In this document: piece by piece, positions 36,680 through 49,726 of the stretch
Layout of the letters: each line of letters begins with the position of its first letter
How positions within the stretch are numbered: position 1 is the first letter of the stretch
Origin: an uncultured Gemmatimonadales bacterium
GTDB taxonomy: Bacteria; Gemmatimonadota; Gemmatimonadetes; Gemmatimonadales; JACORV01
Direction of reading: 5' to 3'
DNA: 64,000 bases
Assembly: GCA_963729955.1 (NCBI GenBank)
Contig: CAVSQA010000019.1
Span: forward strand, 69,385-133,384
Notes under the pieces: model-generated
Databases searched by the model: none
What the model was told of the DNA's origin: nothing
The model's input: the letters and a program-made list of their open reading frames with translations, nothing else
Position numbers and translations under genes: made by a program

Positions 36680-37416
36680 ACCTCGAGCTCGACGACAAGG
36701 TGGCGATGGTGACGGGCGGCGGCCGCGGCATCGGCCGCGCCATCGCCTCGGAGCTGGCGTGCGGCCTCGGCGCGCGGGTGGCCGTCCTGGACCGCGACTA
36801 CGAGCACGCCTGCGAGGTCGCCGCGGAGATCGCGTGCGGCGCCACGGGCTTCCGGGTGGACGTCGTCGACCCGGCCGCCATCGAGGCGTGCGTCGAGGCG
36901 GTGGAGCGGGACCTCGGCCCGATCGAAGTGCTCGTCAACAACGCGGGCGTCACCCGCGACAACCTGCTGGCGCGCCTCTCCGAGGAACAGTGGGACGCGG
37001 TGATGGACGTGAACCTGAAGGGCGCCTATCTCATGATGAAGGCGGTCGCCCGCGGGATGATGAAGCGGCGGTCGGGCCGGATCATCAACATCGCGAGCGT
37101 CGTGGGGCTGGTGGGCAACCGCGGGCAGGCCAACTACGCGGCGTCCAAGGCGGGGCTGATCGGCCTGACCAAGAGCGCGGCGAAGGAGTTGGCATCGCGC
37201 AACATCCGCGTGAACGCGGTGGCCCCGGGGTTCATCGAGACCGACATGACGGCGGGGCTGACGCCGCAGGCCCGCGAGGCCCTGAGCGGCCAGATCGCGC
37301 TCGGCCGGCTGGGCACCCCGGCGGACGTGGCCGCCGCGGTGGCCTTCCTCGCATCGGATGCCGCGGCGTACATTACGGGCCAAGTCATCGTGGTCGACGG
37401 CGGGATGGTGATGTAG
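36676..37416 (+). CDS. fabG: 3-oxoacyl-ACP reductase
   Basis: [29 protein letters not shown]. Confidence 0.95.
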   Translation: MNLELDDKVAMVTGGGRGIGRAIASELACGLGARVAVLDRDYEHACEVAAEIACGATGFRVDVVDPAAIEACVEAVERDLGPIEVLVNNAGVTRDNLLARLSEEQWDAVMDVNLKGAYLMMKAVARGMMKRRSGRIINIASVVGLVGNRGQANYAASKAGLIGLTKSAAKELASRNIRVNAVAPGFIETDMTAGLTPQAREALSGQIALGRLGTPADVAAAVAFLASDAAAYITGQVIVVDGGMVM

Positions 37417-37447
37417 GGCAATAACCCTTTGGAGGGACGCAACTCTC

Positions 37448-37699
37448 ATGGCCGACATGGCGAATCTCGAAGCCCGGGTGAAGGACATCATTGCCGAGGA
37501 GCTGGGGGTCGAGCGCGAGAAGCTCACCAACGAGGCGAGCTTCATGGAGGATCTGGGCGCCGACAGCCTCGACACCGTGGAGCTCGTGATGGCCTTCGAG
37601 AAGGAGTTCGACCTCGACATCCCGGACGAAGAGGCGGAGAAGCTCCGCACGGTCGGGGACGCCCTCACCTACCTGCATCAGCGGATGGGCGCGAAGTAG
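37448..37699 (+). CDS. acpP: Acyl carrier protein
   Basis: [14 protein letters not shown]. Confidence 0.97.
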   Translation: MADMANLEARVKDIIAEELGVEREKLTNEASFMEDLGADSLDTVELVMAFEKEFDLDIPDEEAEKLRTVGDALTYLHQRMGAK

Positions 37700-38940
37700 T
37701 GGAGCGGAGGGTCGTCGTCACCGGCCTCGGGCTGGTGACGCCCGTCGGCAACACCGTGGAAGCAAGCTGGAGCGCGCTGGTCGCCGGGAAGTCCGGGGCC
37801 GCGCGCATTCAGCGTTTCGACCCCACGCCGCTCGACGTGACCTTCGGCTGCGAGGTCAAGGGGTTCGACCCGCTGGCCTACATGGAGCGCAAGGAGGCCA
37901 AGCGCTGCGACCTGTTCGCCCAGTACGGGATGGCGGCCAGCGTGCAGGCGGTCCAGGCGGCGGGCCTCGCCGGGGGATTCCCCGCGCCCGATCGGACGGG
38001 CGTCCTGATCGGCAGCGGGATCGGCGGCATCGCGACCTTCGAGGAGCAGTGCAAGATCTACCTCGAGAAGGGGCCGGGGCGCGTCTCCGCCTTCTTCGTG
38101 CCGATGTTCATTCCCGACATGGCGGCCGGCCTCGTGGCGATGCGCTACGGCGTCACGGGACCCAACTTCTGCACCGTCTCGGCCTGCGCGTCGTCGGCGC
38201 ACGCCATCGGCGAGGCGTACCGGACCATCCAACGCGGCGATGCCGACGCGATGATCGCCGGCGGGGCGGAGGCCGCCATCACGCCGCTGGCCATCGCCGG
38301 CTTCGCCAACATGAAGGCGCTCTCGCCGCGCAACGACGACCCCGAGCACGCCTCGCGGCCGTTCGACCTCACGCGCGACGGCTTCGTCCTGGGCGACGGG
38401 GCGGGGATCGTGGTGCTGGAGAGCCTGGAGCACGCGCAGGGGCGCGGCGCCGCGATCCTGGCCGAGGTCGCCGGGTTCGGGATGAGCGCCGACGCGTATC
38501 ACATGACGCAGCCCGCGCCGGAAGGGCGGGGGGCGCAGCTGGCGATGCGGGCGGCCCTGGCCGACGCGGGCGTCAGCCTCGAGCAGGTGACCTACGTCAA
38601 CGCCCACGGCACCTCGACGCCGCCCGGCGACGTCGCCGAGACCCAGGCGCTGAAGGCGGTGTTCGGCCCAGCCGCGCGCCGGCTGATCTTCGGCTCGACC
38701 AAGTCCATGACCGGGCACCTGCTCGGCGCGGCGGGCGGCGTCGAGTTCGCGATCTGCGCCCTGGTGATTCAGCGCGGCGTGATCCCGCCGACCATCAACT
38801 ACGTCACCCCCGATCCCGAGTGCGACCTCGACTGCGCGCCCAACCACGCCGTCGAGCGGCGGGTGGACGTGGCGATGTCGAACTCGTTCGGCTTCGGCGG
38901 GCACAACGTGTCGCTGATCGTGAAGCGGTTCGCCGCCTGA
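37699..38940 (+). CDS. fabF: Beta-ketoacyl-ACP synthase II
   Basis: RVVVTGLG, SACASS, NAHGTST, TKSMTGHLLGAAG, NSFGFGG. Confidence 0.96.
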   Translation: MERRVVVTGLGLVTPVGNTVEASWSALVAGKSGAARIQRFDPTPLDVTFGCEVKGFDPLAYMERKEAKRCDLFAQYGMAASVQAVQAAGLAGGFPAPDRTGVLIGSGIGGIATFEEQCKIYLEKGPGRVSAFFVPMFIPDMAAGLVAMRYGVTGPNFCTVSACASSAHAIGEAYRTIQRGDADAMIAGGAEAAITPLAIAGFANMKALSPRNDDPEHASRPFDLTRDGFVLGDGAGIVVLESLEHAQGRGAAILAEVAGFGMSADAYHMTQPAPEGRGAQLAMRAALADAGVSLEQVTYVNAHGTSTPPGDVAETQALKAVFGPAARRLIFGSTKSMTGHLLGAAGGVEFAICALVIQRGVIPPTINYVTPDPECDLDCAPNHAVERRVDVAMSNSFGFGGHNVSLIVKRFAA

Positions 38941-38953
38941 CCATGCGGGGCCG

Positions 38954-40096
38954 ATGACCTCCCTGCTGGGCGACCTTCCCGACCTCGCCGACCGCGACGG
39001 CGGCTTCCGGACGGCGGCCGAGAAGGTGGCCGCGGGCGAGCGGTTGGACGTCGAGGATGCCGTGGCGCTGTTCGAGAGCCGCGACCTGGTCGCGGTCGGC
39101 GCCCTGGCCGACGCGCAGAACCGGGCGAAGAACGGCCGGCGGGTGTTCTTCTCCTCCAACCAGCACATCAACCCGACCAACGTCTGCGTGCTGCGCAACA
39201 CCTGCGTGTTCTGCTCCTTCGCGCGCATGCCGAAGGAGGAAGGCGCGTATACGCGCACGCTGGAGGAGGTGCTGGAGGAGGCCTCGCGCGCCAAGAGCGC
39301 GCCCACCCGCGAATTCCACATCGTCGGCGGGCTGCATCCCAAGCTGCGCCTGAGCTACTACACGGACATGATCCGCGCGCTGCGCGCGGCCTATCCGGGC
39401 GTGCACGTCAAGGCGCTCACGGCGGTCGAGATCGCCCACCTGGCGCACCTCGAGCGGTGCTCGTTCCGCGAGGTGCTGCAGCAGCTCAAGGACGCCGGCC
39501 TCACCAGCCTGCCGGGCGGCGGCGCCGAAGTGTTCGGCCGCGCGGTGCGGATGACCATCGCCGACCGCAAGCTGGCCGGCGACGAATGGCTGGAGGTGCA
39601 CCGGCAGGCCCACGCGCTCGGCATCCCATCCAATTGCACGATGCTCTACGGCCACGTCGAGACGATGCGCGACCGCGCCGAGCACCTGCTGATCCTGCGC
39701 GGCCTGCAGGACGAGACCGGCGGCTTCCTGACCTACATCCCGCTCGCCTACCACCCGGACCACAACGCGCTGGGCGAGGAGATGGGCTGGACCGGCCGCC
39801 CGACCACGGGCATCGACGACCTGATGAACATCGCGGTCGGCCGCCTGGTGCTGGACAACATTCCCCACGTCAAGACGCACTGGCCGATGGTCTCCGCCTT
39901 CGTCTCGCAGGTGGCGCTCGACTTCGGCTGCGACGACCTGGAGGGCACGGTCGTCTACGAGCGCGTCTACCACGAGGCCGGAGCCCGCACCCCGATGGAG
40001 CTGGCCTACGACGACCTGGTGCGGCTGATCCAGGGCGCGGGGAAGGTGCCGGTGGAGCGGGACTCGCTGTACCACCCCGTGCGGACCTTCGACTGA
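38954..40096 (+). CDS. mqnE: Aminofutalosine synthase (radical SAM, CofH/MqnE family)
   Basis: INPTNVC...CVFCSF, HIVGGLHP, PGGGAE, TMLYGHVE; clustered with mqnA and mqnC. Confidence 0.85.
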   Translation: MTSLLGDLPDLADRDGGFRTAAEKVAAGERLDVEDAVALFESRDLVAVGALADAQNRAKNGRRVFFSSNQHINPTNVCVLRNTCVFCSFARMPKEEGAYTRTLEEVLEEASRAKSAPTREFHIVGGLHPKLRLSYYTDMIRALRAAYPGVHVKALTAVEIAHLAHLERCSFREVLQQLKDAGLTSLPGGGAEVFGRAVRMTIADRKLAGDEWLEVHRQAHALGIPSNCTMLYGHVETMRDRAEHLLILRGLQDETGGFLTYIPLAYHPDHNALGEEMGWTGRPTTGIDDLMNIAVGRLVLDNIPHVKTHWPMVSAFVSQVALDFGCDDLEGTVVYERVYHEAGARTPMELAYDDLVRLIQGAGKVPVERDSLYHPVRTFD

Positions 40097-40918
40097 TGCG
40101 CCTCGGGCGGATCGGCTACGTCAACTGCTACCCGGTCTACGGCGCGATCGACCGGGGGCTCGTGGCGGCGCCGGCGACCCTCGTGACCGGCACGCCGGCC
40201 GAGCTGAACGACCGGCTGGCCGACGGGCGCCTGGACGTGAGCGTCATCTCCGCCGTGGCCTATGCCCAGCGTGCCGAGGCGTACGAGCTGCTGCCCGACC
40301 TCGCCATCAGCTCGGACGGACCGGTCAGGAGCGTGCTGTTGTTCAGCCGCCGGCCGCCCGAGGCCCTGCGACGGGGCGCGGGTCCTGGTCTCGACCGCGT
40401 CGCGCACCTCGGTCCAGCTCCTCGAGCTCCTGGCGCGCGAGCGCTGGGGCGTCGACTTCGCCACGGAGCAGGCGCCGGCCGAGCGGGCCGATCTCGAGCG
40501 GCTCGCCGCGATTCCCCACGACGCCGTGCTGGTGATCGGCGACGGCGCGCTGCTGCTCAGCGCGGCGCGCGCCTACCCGTACGTGATCGACCTGGGCGAG
40601 GCGTGGAAGGCGTGGACCGGCCTGCCGTTCGTGTTCGCGGTCTGGGCCGCCCGCGGCGCGGTGAGCCGACCGGCCGTGCGCGACGTGCACCGCGCCCTCC
40701 TGGCCAGCCGCAAGTGGGGCCTCCAGCACCTCGACGACCTCGCCGGGGAGGCCGCCGTGGCCACGGGCGTCGAGCCGGGGCGCTGCCGCGAGTACCTCGA
40801 GGGTCTCGACTACGGCCTGTCGTACCGCCACCTCGCGGGGCTGGCGGACTTCCTCGGGCGGCTCGCCGCGCGCGGCGTGGTACCCGACGGCACCCTCTCC
40901 TTCCTCGGGGCCGCGTGA
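40096..40918 (+). CDS. mqnA: Chorismate dehydratase (frameshift near 40370)
   Basis: GRIGYVNCYP, GPVRSVLL, SRTSVQL, LVIGD, WTGLPFVFAVW. Confidence 0.9.
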
Positions 40919-41946
40919 TGGTGGGCGCCGCCGAGCTGCTCGAGCTGTACGAGCGCGCGCCGCTGGTCGAGCTGGCCGCCCTGGCCGACGCCGAGCGGCG
41001 CCGCCGCCACCCGAGCGGCGTCGTGACCTACATCGTCGACCGCAACATCAACTACACGAACGTGTGCGTGGCCGACTGCAAGTTCTGCGCGTTCTACCGG
41101 CGCCCCAAGCACGCTGAGGGCTACGTCCTCTCGTTCGAGGAGATCGGCGCCAAGATCGACGCGGCCAAGGCCATCGGGGCGGTGCAGATCCTGATGCAGG
41201 GCGGGCACAACCCCTACATCCCCTTCGAGTGGTACCTGGACCTGCTGCGCTACATCAAGCAGCACCACCCCATCCACATCCACGGCTTCTCGCCTTCCGA
41301 GGTCCAGTTCTTCGCCCGGCGCTTCCGGATGACCGTCGACCAGGTGGTCGAGGCGCTCCAGGCCGCCGGCCTGGACTCGATCCCGGGCGGCGGCGGCGAA
41401 ATCCTGGTGGACCGGGTCAGGAAGCTGGTGGCCGGCAAGAAAGCCCTGACCGCCGAGTGGCTCGAGGTGATGGACTCCGCCCATCGCCACGGGATGAAGA
41501 CCACGTCCACGATGATGTACGGCCTCGGCGAGACCAGCGCGGAGCGGATCGAGCACCTGCTCAGGCTGCGCGAGCAGCAGGCCGCGACCGGCGGGTTCAC
41601 CGCGTTCATCTGCTGGCCGCTGCAGCCCGAGCACACCGAGATGCAGGGCAGCGTGAAGACCGACGCCGTGACCTACCTCCGCACGCTCGCCATCGCCCGC
41701 CTGGCGCTGGACAACTTCGACAACCTCCAGGTGAGCTGGGTGACGATGGGGATGAAGATCGGGCAGATCGCCCTCCGCTTCGGCGCCAACGACTTCGGAT
41801 CGCTGATGATGGAGGAGAGCGTCGTATCGGCCGCCGGCACCACGTTCCAGACCACGGCCGAGGAGATGGAGTACCTGATCCGCGGCGCCGGTTTCACCCC
41901 CGTCCGGCGGCGACAGGACTACACCCTCGTCCAGGAGGCGGCGTGA
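40915..41946 (+). CDS. mqnC: Cyclic dehypoxanthine futalosine synthase (radical SAM)
   Basis: VDRNINYTNVCVADCKFCAFYR, GANDFGSLMMEESVV. Confidence 0.92.
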   Translation: MMVGAAELLELYERAPLVELAALADAERRRRHPSGVVTYIVDRNINYTNVCVADCKFCAFYRRPKHAEGYVLSFEEIGAKIDAAKAIGAVQILMQGGHNPYIPFEWYLDLLRYIKQHHPIHIHGFSPSEVQFFARRFRMTVDQVVEALQAAGLDSIPGGGGEILVDRVRKLVAGKKALTAEWLEVMDSAHRHGMKTTSTMMYGLGETSAERIEHLLRLREQQAATGGFTAFICWPLQPEHTEMQGSVKTDAVTYLRTLAIARLALDNFDNLQVSWVTMGMKIGQIALRFGANDFGSLMMEESVVSAAGTTFQTTAEEMEYLIRGAGFTPVRRRQDYTLVQEAA

Positions 41947-42350
41947 CCGCGCCCGCCAAGCCCATCCTGGTGCTCGTGGGCTCGGAGTCGGATCGGCCTC
42001 GCATCGAGCCGGTCTTCAAGATCCTGGACGACGCCGGGATCGGCTACGACTTCCTGGTCTCCTCCGCGCACCGCGAGCCCGAGAAGACGGCCGCCCTCGC
42101 GCGCGCGGCGCGCGAGCGCGGCTACCGGGTGGTGATCTGCGGCGCGGGACTCGCCGCGGCGCTCCCGGGCGCGGTCGCGGCCCAGACGGACCTGCCGGTC
42201 ATCGGCGTCCCGTTCGACGTCGGGGCGCTCCACGGGACCGACGCGCTGTACTCGATGGTCCAGACGCCCAGCGGCGTGCCCGTCGGGACCGTCGGCATCG
42301 ACAACGCCAAGAACGCCGCTCACCTCGCCATCCGGATCCTGCGCGCATGA
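41943..42350 (+). CDS. purE: N5-carboxyaminoimidazole ribonucleotide mutase
   Basis: GSESD, SAHREP, GAGLAAALPG, SMVQTPSGVPV. Confidence 0.92.
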   Translation: MTAPAKPILVLVGSESDRPRIEPVFKILDDAGIGYDFLVSSAHREPEKTAALARAARERGYRVVICGAGLAAALPGAVAAQTDLPVIGVPFDVGALHGTDALYSMVQTPSGVPVGTVGIDNAKNAAHLAIRILRA

Positions 42351-42835
42351 ACACACGTGTCGGTATCGGCTACGACTCGCACCGGTTCGCCGCCGGCCGC
42401 CAGCTCCGCATCGCCGGCGTGGTGGTGCCCCACACCCACGGGCTGGTGGGCCACTCCGACGGCGACGTGGCCCTCCACGCGCTCATCGACGCCCTGCTCG
42501 GCGCGGCCGGCCTGGGCGACATCGGCCAGCACTTTCCGGACGACGACCCTCAGTGGCGGGGCGTCGAGTCGACGCGCTTCGTCAGGAAGATCGTCGACAC
42601 CCTCCAGCAGGCCGGCTACACCGTCGGCCAGGTGGACATCACCGTCCTGGCGGAGCGGCCCAAGATCGCGCCCCACGTCGCCCAGATGCGGGCGGCCACG
42701 GCCAAGGCCCTGGGCGTCGATGAGAGCGCGGTGAGCATCAAGGCGAAGACCAACGAGGGTATGGGTTGGCTCGGCCGCGGTGAGGGCGTCGCCGCGCTGG
42801 CGGTCGCGACGGTCGTCCAGGCGGCAGCCGGCTGA
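42347..42835 (+). CDS. ispF: 2-C-methyl-D-erythritol 2,4-cyclodiphosphate synthase
   Basis: GIGYDSH, GHSDGDV, GDIGQHFP, KAKTNEG. Confidence 0.95.
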   Translation: MNTRVGIGYDSHRFAAGRQLRIAGVVVPHTHGLVGHSDGDVALHALIDALLGAAGLGDIGQHFPDDDPQWRGVESTRFVRKIVDTLQQAGYTVGQVDITVLAERPKIAPHVAQMRAATAKALGVDESAVSIKAKTNEGMGWLGRGEGVAALAVATVVQAAAG

Positions 42836-43451
42836 TCAACCAGGCCATCCTGTGGCTCGCCGGCCTCCCCCCGCCGGCATCTACGGCGTCATCGCGCTGC
42901 TCGCCGCCCTCGAAAACATCGTCCCCCCGGTGCCCGCCGACTCGGTCGTGGCGCTGGGGGCGTTTCTCGCGGCGCAGGGTGCCGACGTCACCTTGACCGG
43001 CGTCTTCCTCGCCACCTGGCTGCCCAACGTCGCGTCCGCGATCGGCATGTACTGGGTCGCCCGCACCGTGGGGCGTGGCTTCGTGGAATCCCCGACCGGC
43101 CGCCGGCTGCTTTCCCCCCGGGCGATGCGCGCGCTCGAGCGCACGTACCAGCGGCACCACCTGTGGGGCATCTTCCTGAGCCGCTTCCTCCCCGGCTATC
43201 GCGCGGTGGTCCCGCCGTTCGCCGGCATCGCCGGACTCGGCGCCGTTCGCGCCCTCACCCCCGTCGTGGTGGCATCGGGCCTGTGGTACGGCTTCGTGGT
43301 CTGGCTCGCTCATCGCCTGGGCAGCAACTGGGACGGCGTGCAGCACGCCATCGGCCGCGTCGGGTGGTGGCTCGCGGCGGTCGCCGTCGTCGTCACCGTG
43401 GCCCTCGCGCTCGCCGTGTGGCGCTGGCGCCGCTCCCGCGCCGATGAGTGA
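42832..43451 (+). CDS. DedA family membrane protein (probable homopolymer frameshift near 42870)
   Basis: [25 protein letters not shown]; start approximate. Confidence 0.88.
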
Positions 43452-44349
43452 CGCCGCGCCGAGGGCCTTTCGGCTGGAGCAGTTCGCCGACTACCAGGCC
43501 CTGGAGCGGGGCGCCTCCCGCAACACCGTGGCCGCGTACCGCCGTGACCTGCTGCACCTCATCCAGTTTCTCACGGGCCGGGGCGCCGAGGCGCCGGGCC
43601 AGGCTACGACCGCCCAGCTGAGGGACTTCATCTTCCACTTGAAGGACCTGGGGCTCGCCGCCACCAGCATCCGCCGCCACGTTTCGGCGTGCCGCAGCTA
43701 CTACCGGTTCCTGGTGGGCGAGGGGCACGTCGCTCGCGACCCGACCGAGCGGCTCGCGAGCCCCAAGAAATGGCGCACCCTGCCGGCCGTGCTGTCCGTG
43801 GCCGAGGTCGAGCGCCTGCTCCTCGCCCCCCACGCGGACGACCCCCTGGCGCTGCGCGACCGGGCCCTGATGGAGTTCGCCTACGCCACCGGCGCGCGGG
43901 TCTCCGAGCTGGTGGGACTCGGCACCGGCGACGTGCTGTTCGACGAGGGGCTGGCGCGGCTCTTCGGCAAAGGCAGCAAGGAGCGCCTGGTCCCGGTCGG
44001 GCGCCGCGCGCTCGGGGCCGTCGCGCTGTACGTGCGGGAGGTCCGGCCCAGGCTGGAGAAGGGCGCCGGACACGGCCGGCTGTTCCTCAACGCCCGCGGC
44101 ACCCCGCTCTCGCGGGTCGGGGCCTGGGGCATCATCCAGCGCTGTGCCCGGGCGGCCGGCCTCACCAAGCGGGTCACGCCGCACACCCTGCGGCATACGT
44201 TCGCCACGCACCTGCTCGAAGGCGGTGCGGACCTTCGGGCGGTCCAGGAGATGTTGGGGCACGCGGACCTGAGCACGACGCAACTTTACACCCAGGTGGA
44301 TCGTGAGTATCTCCGAAGCGTCCATCGGACCTACCACCCTCGGGCCTGA
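43444..44349 (+). CDS. xerD: Site-specific tyrosine recombinase XerD
   Basis: [64 protein letters not shown]. Confidence 0.92.
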   Translation: MSDAAPRAFRLEQFADYQALERGASRNTVAAYRRDLLHLIQFLTGRGAEAPGQATTAQLRDFIFHLKDLGLAATSIRRHVSACRSYYRFLVGEGHVARDPTERLASPKKWRTLPAVLSVAEVERLLLAPHADDPLALRDRALMEFAYATGARVSELVGLGTGDVLFDEGLARLFGKGSKERLVPVGRRALGAVALYVREVRPRLEKGAGHGRLFLNARGTPLSRVGAWGIIQRCARAAGLTKRVTPHTLRHTFATHLLEGGADLRAVQEMLGHADLSTTQLYTQVDREYLRSVHRTYHPRA

Positions 44350-44423
44350 GTGCGCGGCGCCCGGTTCCCCGGGGCACGCTGGTGGTCATCGCATGTTCCA
44401 CAGACGTCACGCGGAGTCGGCTC

Positions 44424-45197
44424 ATGAAGATAGGTTTCGCAATCCTCAGCGTCGGCCTGCTGACCGGCGGCGCCATGCAGGCTGAGGCCCAGGCCGTCCA
44501 GCTGCGCTTCCTCCCCCCGGTGGGCCAGGCCGCGCGTTACCGCACCGTCACGCAGATCTGGGCGTCGGGAGACACCACCGCCGCCCCGATGCTCTCGACG
44601 CTGTATTCGACCCGCACGGTCACCGGGATGGACGGGGCGAACTACGTCGTGAAGACCGTCATGGATTCGACCGTCATGGCGATGCCGAGCGGGGGAGGCG
44701 GCCGGCCGGGCATGGGCGGAGACGTGATGCGTGGCATGGCCATCACGCAGCACATGGACCCGCGCGGCCACGTGCTCTCGAGCGAGGTTACGCCTCCGCC
44801 GGGCCTCCCACCCTTCGTCGCCAACATGATGACCCGGAACTCCGGCTCGACCAACAACCGGAACGCGACCGTGTGGCCGGAGGGGCCCGTCAGCCCGGGC
44901 TACACCTGGACCGACACGATCGTGCAGTCGGCCTCCGCGGGCCGGGGGCGGCCCAGCCAGTTCACGTTCATCGTGACCTACAAGTTCGAGCGGATCGAGC
45001 ACCAGGGCGGGGCGCGCCTCGCGATCATCTCGATGAACGGCACCACGCAGGGCGGGACCACGGGCACCTATGCCGGCGAGATCGCCATGAACATCGATGA
45101 TGGCCAGCTGGAGCACATGGCCACCAACATGACCATGCAGACCCAGGAAGGCGCCGGCCCGATGCGGATGAAGATGGCGATGGAGGCGCTGCGATAG
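44424..45197 (+). CDS. Hypothetical secreted beta-rich protein
   Basis: Signal peptide ending AEA-Q; Thr/Met-rich alternating strands; coding-like codon use. Confidence 0.7.
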   Translation: MKIGFAILSVGLLTGGAMQAEAQAVQLRFLPPVGQAARYRTVTQIWASGDTTAAPMLSTLYSTRTVTGMDGANYVVKTVMDSTVMAMPSGGGGRPGMGGDVMRGMAITQHMDPRGHVLSSEVTPPPGLPPFVANMMTRNSGSTNNRNATVWPEGPVSPGYTWTDTIVQSASAGRGRPSQFTFIVTYKFERIEHQGGARLAIISMNGTTQGGTTGTYAGEIAMNIDDGQLEHMATNMTMQTQEGAGPMRMKMAMEALR

Positions 45198-45206
45198 CGC
45201 GGGACG

Positions 45207-45797
45207 ATGATCTTCGTCCTCGATAACTACGACTCGTTCACCTACAACCTCGTCCAGTACCTGGGCGAGCTGGGCGCCGAGCCGCGGGTCGAGCGCAACG
45301 ACGCCACTTCTGCAGAGGCGGTGCTGGCCGCCGGGCCCCGGGGGATCGTCATCTCCCCGGGCCCCGGCGTGCCGGAACGGGCGGGCATCTCGGTGGCGCT
45401 CGTCCGTGCGGCCGCCCTCGCCGGCGTCCCGCTCCTGGGGGTCTGCCTCGGCCACCAGGCCATCGCCGTCGCGTTCGGCGGCCGCGTGGTCCGGGCCCGG
45501 CGCCTGATGCACGGGAAGACCTCCCCGGTGCGCCACGGCGGGGCAGGGATCCTGGCCGGCGTCCCGTCTCCCTTCACGGCGATGCGCTACCATTCGCTTC
45601 TGGTCGAGACCGATGGCATGCCGGCCGACCTGGTGGCGACGGCCTGGTCGGCCGACGGCGAGGACGAGCCCGAGATCATGGCCCTGATGCACCGCGACCG
45701 CCCCATTTACGGCGTGCAGTTCCACCCCGAGTCGATCGCCACCGAACCCGGCAAGGGCATCCTGGGCAACTTCCTCGGTCGCTGCGGTTCCCTCTAG
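45207..45797 (+). CDS. Anthranilate/aminodeoxychorismate synthase component II (TrpG/PabA)
   Basis: DNYDSFTYNL, SPGPG, GVCLGHQ, RYHSL, QFHPES. Confidence 0.93.
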   Translation: MIFVLDNYDSFTYNLVQYLGELGAEPRVERNDATSAEAVLAAGPRGIVISPGPGVPERAGISVALVRAAALAGVPLLGVCLGHQAIAVAFGGRVVRARRLMHGKTSPVRHGGAGILAGVPSPFTAMRYHSLLVETDGMPADLVATAWSADGEDEPEIMALMHRDRPIYGVQFHPESIATEPGKGILGNFLGRCGSL

Positions 45798-45866
45798 CGC
45801 GACCGCCGCGGATTGCTTACATTTCGAACCCCCCGACGCTTATGTAAGTAGGCCTCCCACAACACT

Positions 45867-45895
45867 TTGACACTTCCGGCCGCGGCTATTAGGTT
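45867..45895 (+). promoter_or_regulatory. Putative sigma70 promoter of the kdsB-pyrG-kdsA operon
   Basis: TTGACA-17 bp-TAGGTT. Confidence 0.65.
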
Positions 45896-45907
45896 GCGGT
45901 GTGATTC

Positions 45908-48359
<2,452 letters not shown>

Positions 48360-48360
48360 C

Positions 48361-49176
48361 ATGGCCGCCTTGGCGCCCTTCGGCCCCGGGCCGTTCCTCA
48401 TCGCGGGACCCTGCGTGGTGGAGGACGACCGGCTGAACCTCCAGGTGGGCGAGCGCCTGGCTGAGCTGGCCCAGCGGCTCGGGATCGCCGTGACCTACAA
48501 GGCCTCCTACGACAAGGCCAACCGGTCGCGGCTCGCGGCCGCCCGGGGGCCGGGCGTCGAGGCGGGCCTCGAGGCGCTGGCGCGGGTCCGCCAGGCCACC
48601 GGCCTGCCCATCCTGACCGACGTGCACGAGGTGGCGCAGCTGGCGGCGGCGGCCGCGGTCGCCGACGTCCTGCAGATTCCGGCCTTCCTGTGCCGGCAGA
48701 CGGATCTGCTCGTGGCGGCGGGCCGCACCGGCAAGCCGGTGAACGTCAAGAAAGGGCAGTGGATGTCGCCGGAGGGGATGGCGGGGGCCGTCGAGAAGGT
48801 GCGCAGCGGCGGAGCCGCCGCCGTGGCGGTGACCGAGCGGGGCACGTTCTTCGGCTACGGCGACCTGGTCGTGGACATGCGGAACTTCGCCCGCCTCCGC
48901 GCCGCCTGTCGCGCGCCGGTGGTGTTCGACGGCACGCACAGCGTGCAGCAGCCCGGGCGCGGGCAGGAGGGTGCCAGCGGCGGGCTGCGGGAGTTCATCC
49001 CGGCGCTGCTCAACGCGGCCGCGGCGGCCGGCGCCGACGGCTTCTTCCTGGAGACCCACCCGGACCCGGCGCACGCCCCGTCCGACGGTCCGAACATGAT
49101 TCCGCTCGCCGAGCTCGAGGACGTGGTGGCCCGCGCCCTCGACGTGTGGCACGCCGCCCGGAAGCACCATGATTGA
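48361..49176 (+). CDS. kdsA: KDO 8-phosphate synthase
   Basis: IAGPCVVE, KASYDKANRS, QIPAFLCRQTDL, DGTHSVQ. Confidence 0.95.
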   Translation: MAALAPFGPGPFLIAGPCVVEDDRLNLQVGERLAELAQRLGIAVTYKASYDKANRSRLAAARGPGVEAGLEALARVRQATGLPILTDVHEVAQLAAAAAVADVLQIPAFLCRQTDLLVAAGRTGKPVNVKKGQWMSPEGMAGAVEKVRSGGAAAVAVTERGTFFGYGDLVVDMRNFARLRAACRAPVVFDGTHSVQQPGRGQEGASGGLREFIPALLNAAAAAGADGFFLETHPDPAHAPSDGPNMIPLAELEDVVARALDVWHAARKHHD

Positions 49177-49726
49177 GCCCGCCGTGGCGCGGCGTGTCCG
49201 GCTCGTCGGCTTCGACGTCGACGGCACGATGACCGACGGCGGCCTCTATATCGGCGCGCTGGGCGGCCAGCCGGTCGAGCTCAAGCGCTTCGACATCCAG
49301 GACGGCCTCGGTGTGCACCTGCTCCGCGCCGCCGGCCTCGTGGTGGTGGTCGTCACGGGGCGGAGCGGTGAGGCCGCGCGGCTCCGGGCCGAGGAGCTCA
49401 AGGTGGACGAATTCGCCGCGGAGGGCGGCGCGCGCAAGCTCCCGGTGTTCGAGGCGATGCTCGAGCGCCGCCAGCTGCGCTGGGAGGAGGCGTGCTTCAT
49501 CGGCGACGACCTGCCCGACCTGCCCCTCTTGAGGCGCGTGGCGCTGCCCGTCGCCGTCGCCAACGCCTGCCCCGAGGCCAAGGATGCCGCGCGCTTCACC
49601 ACCACGGCCGCCGGCGGGCGCGGCGCGGTCCGCGAGCTCGCCGAGGCGCTGCTCAAGGCCCGCGGCGTCTGGACCGACGTGGTCCGCACCTACCTCCACG
49701 AGCGCGGTGATGTCACCGCTCGCTGA
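49169..49726 (+). CDS. kdsC: KDO 8-phosphate phosphatase (HAD family)
   Basis: FDVDGTMTDG, GDDLPD, GGRGAVRE. Confidence 0.92.
   Translation: MIEPAVARRVRLVGFDVDGTMTDGGLYIGALGGQPVELKRFDIQDGLGVHLLRAAGLVVVVVTGRSGEAARLRAEELKVDEFAAEGGARKLPVFEAMLERRQLRWEEACFIGDDLPDLPLLRRVALPVAVANACPEAKDAARFTTTAAGGRGAVRELAEALLKARGVWTDVVRTYLHERGDVTAR

Noticed and set aside
43444..44349. Tyrosine recombinase as a phage/ICE integrase
   Set aside because: Length and motifs match housekeeping XerD; it is embedded in core genes with no att sites or mobile cargo
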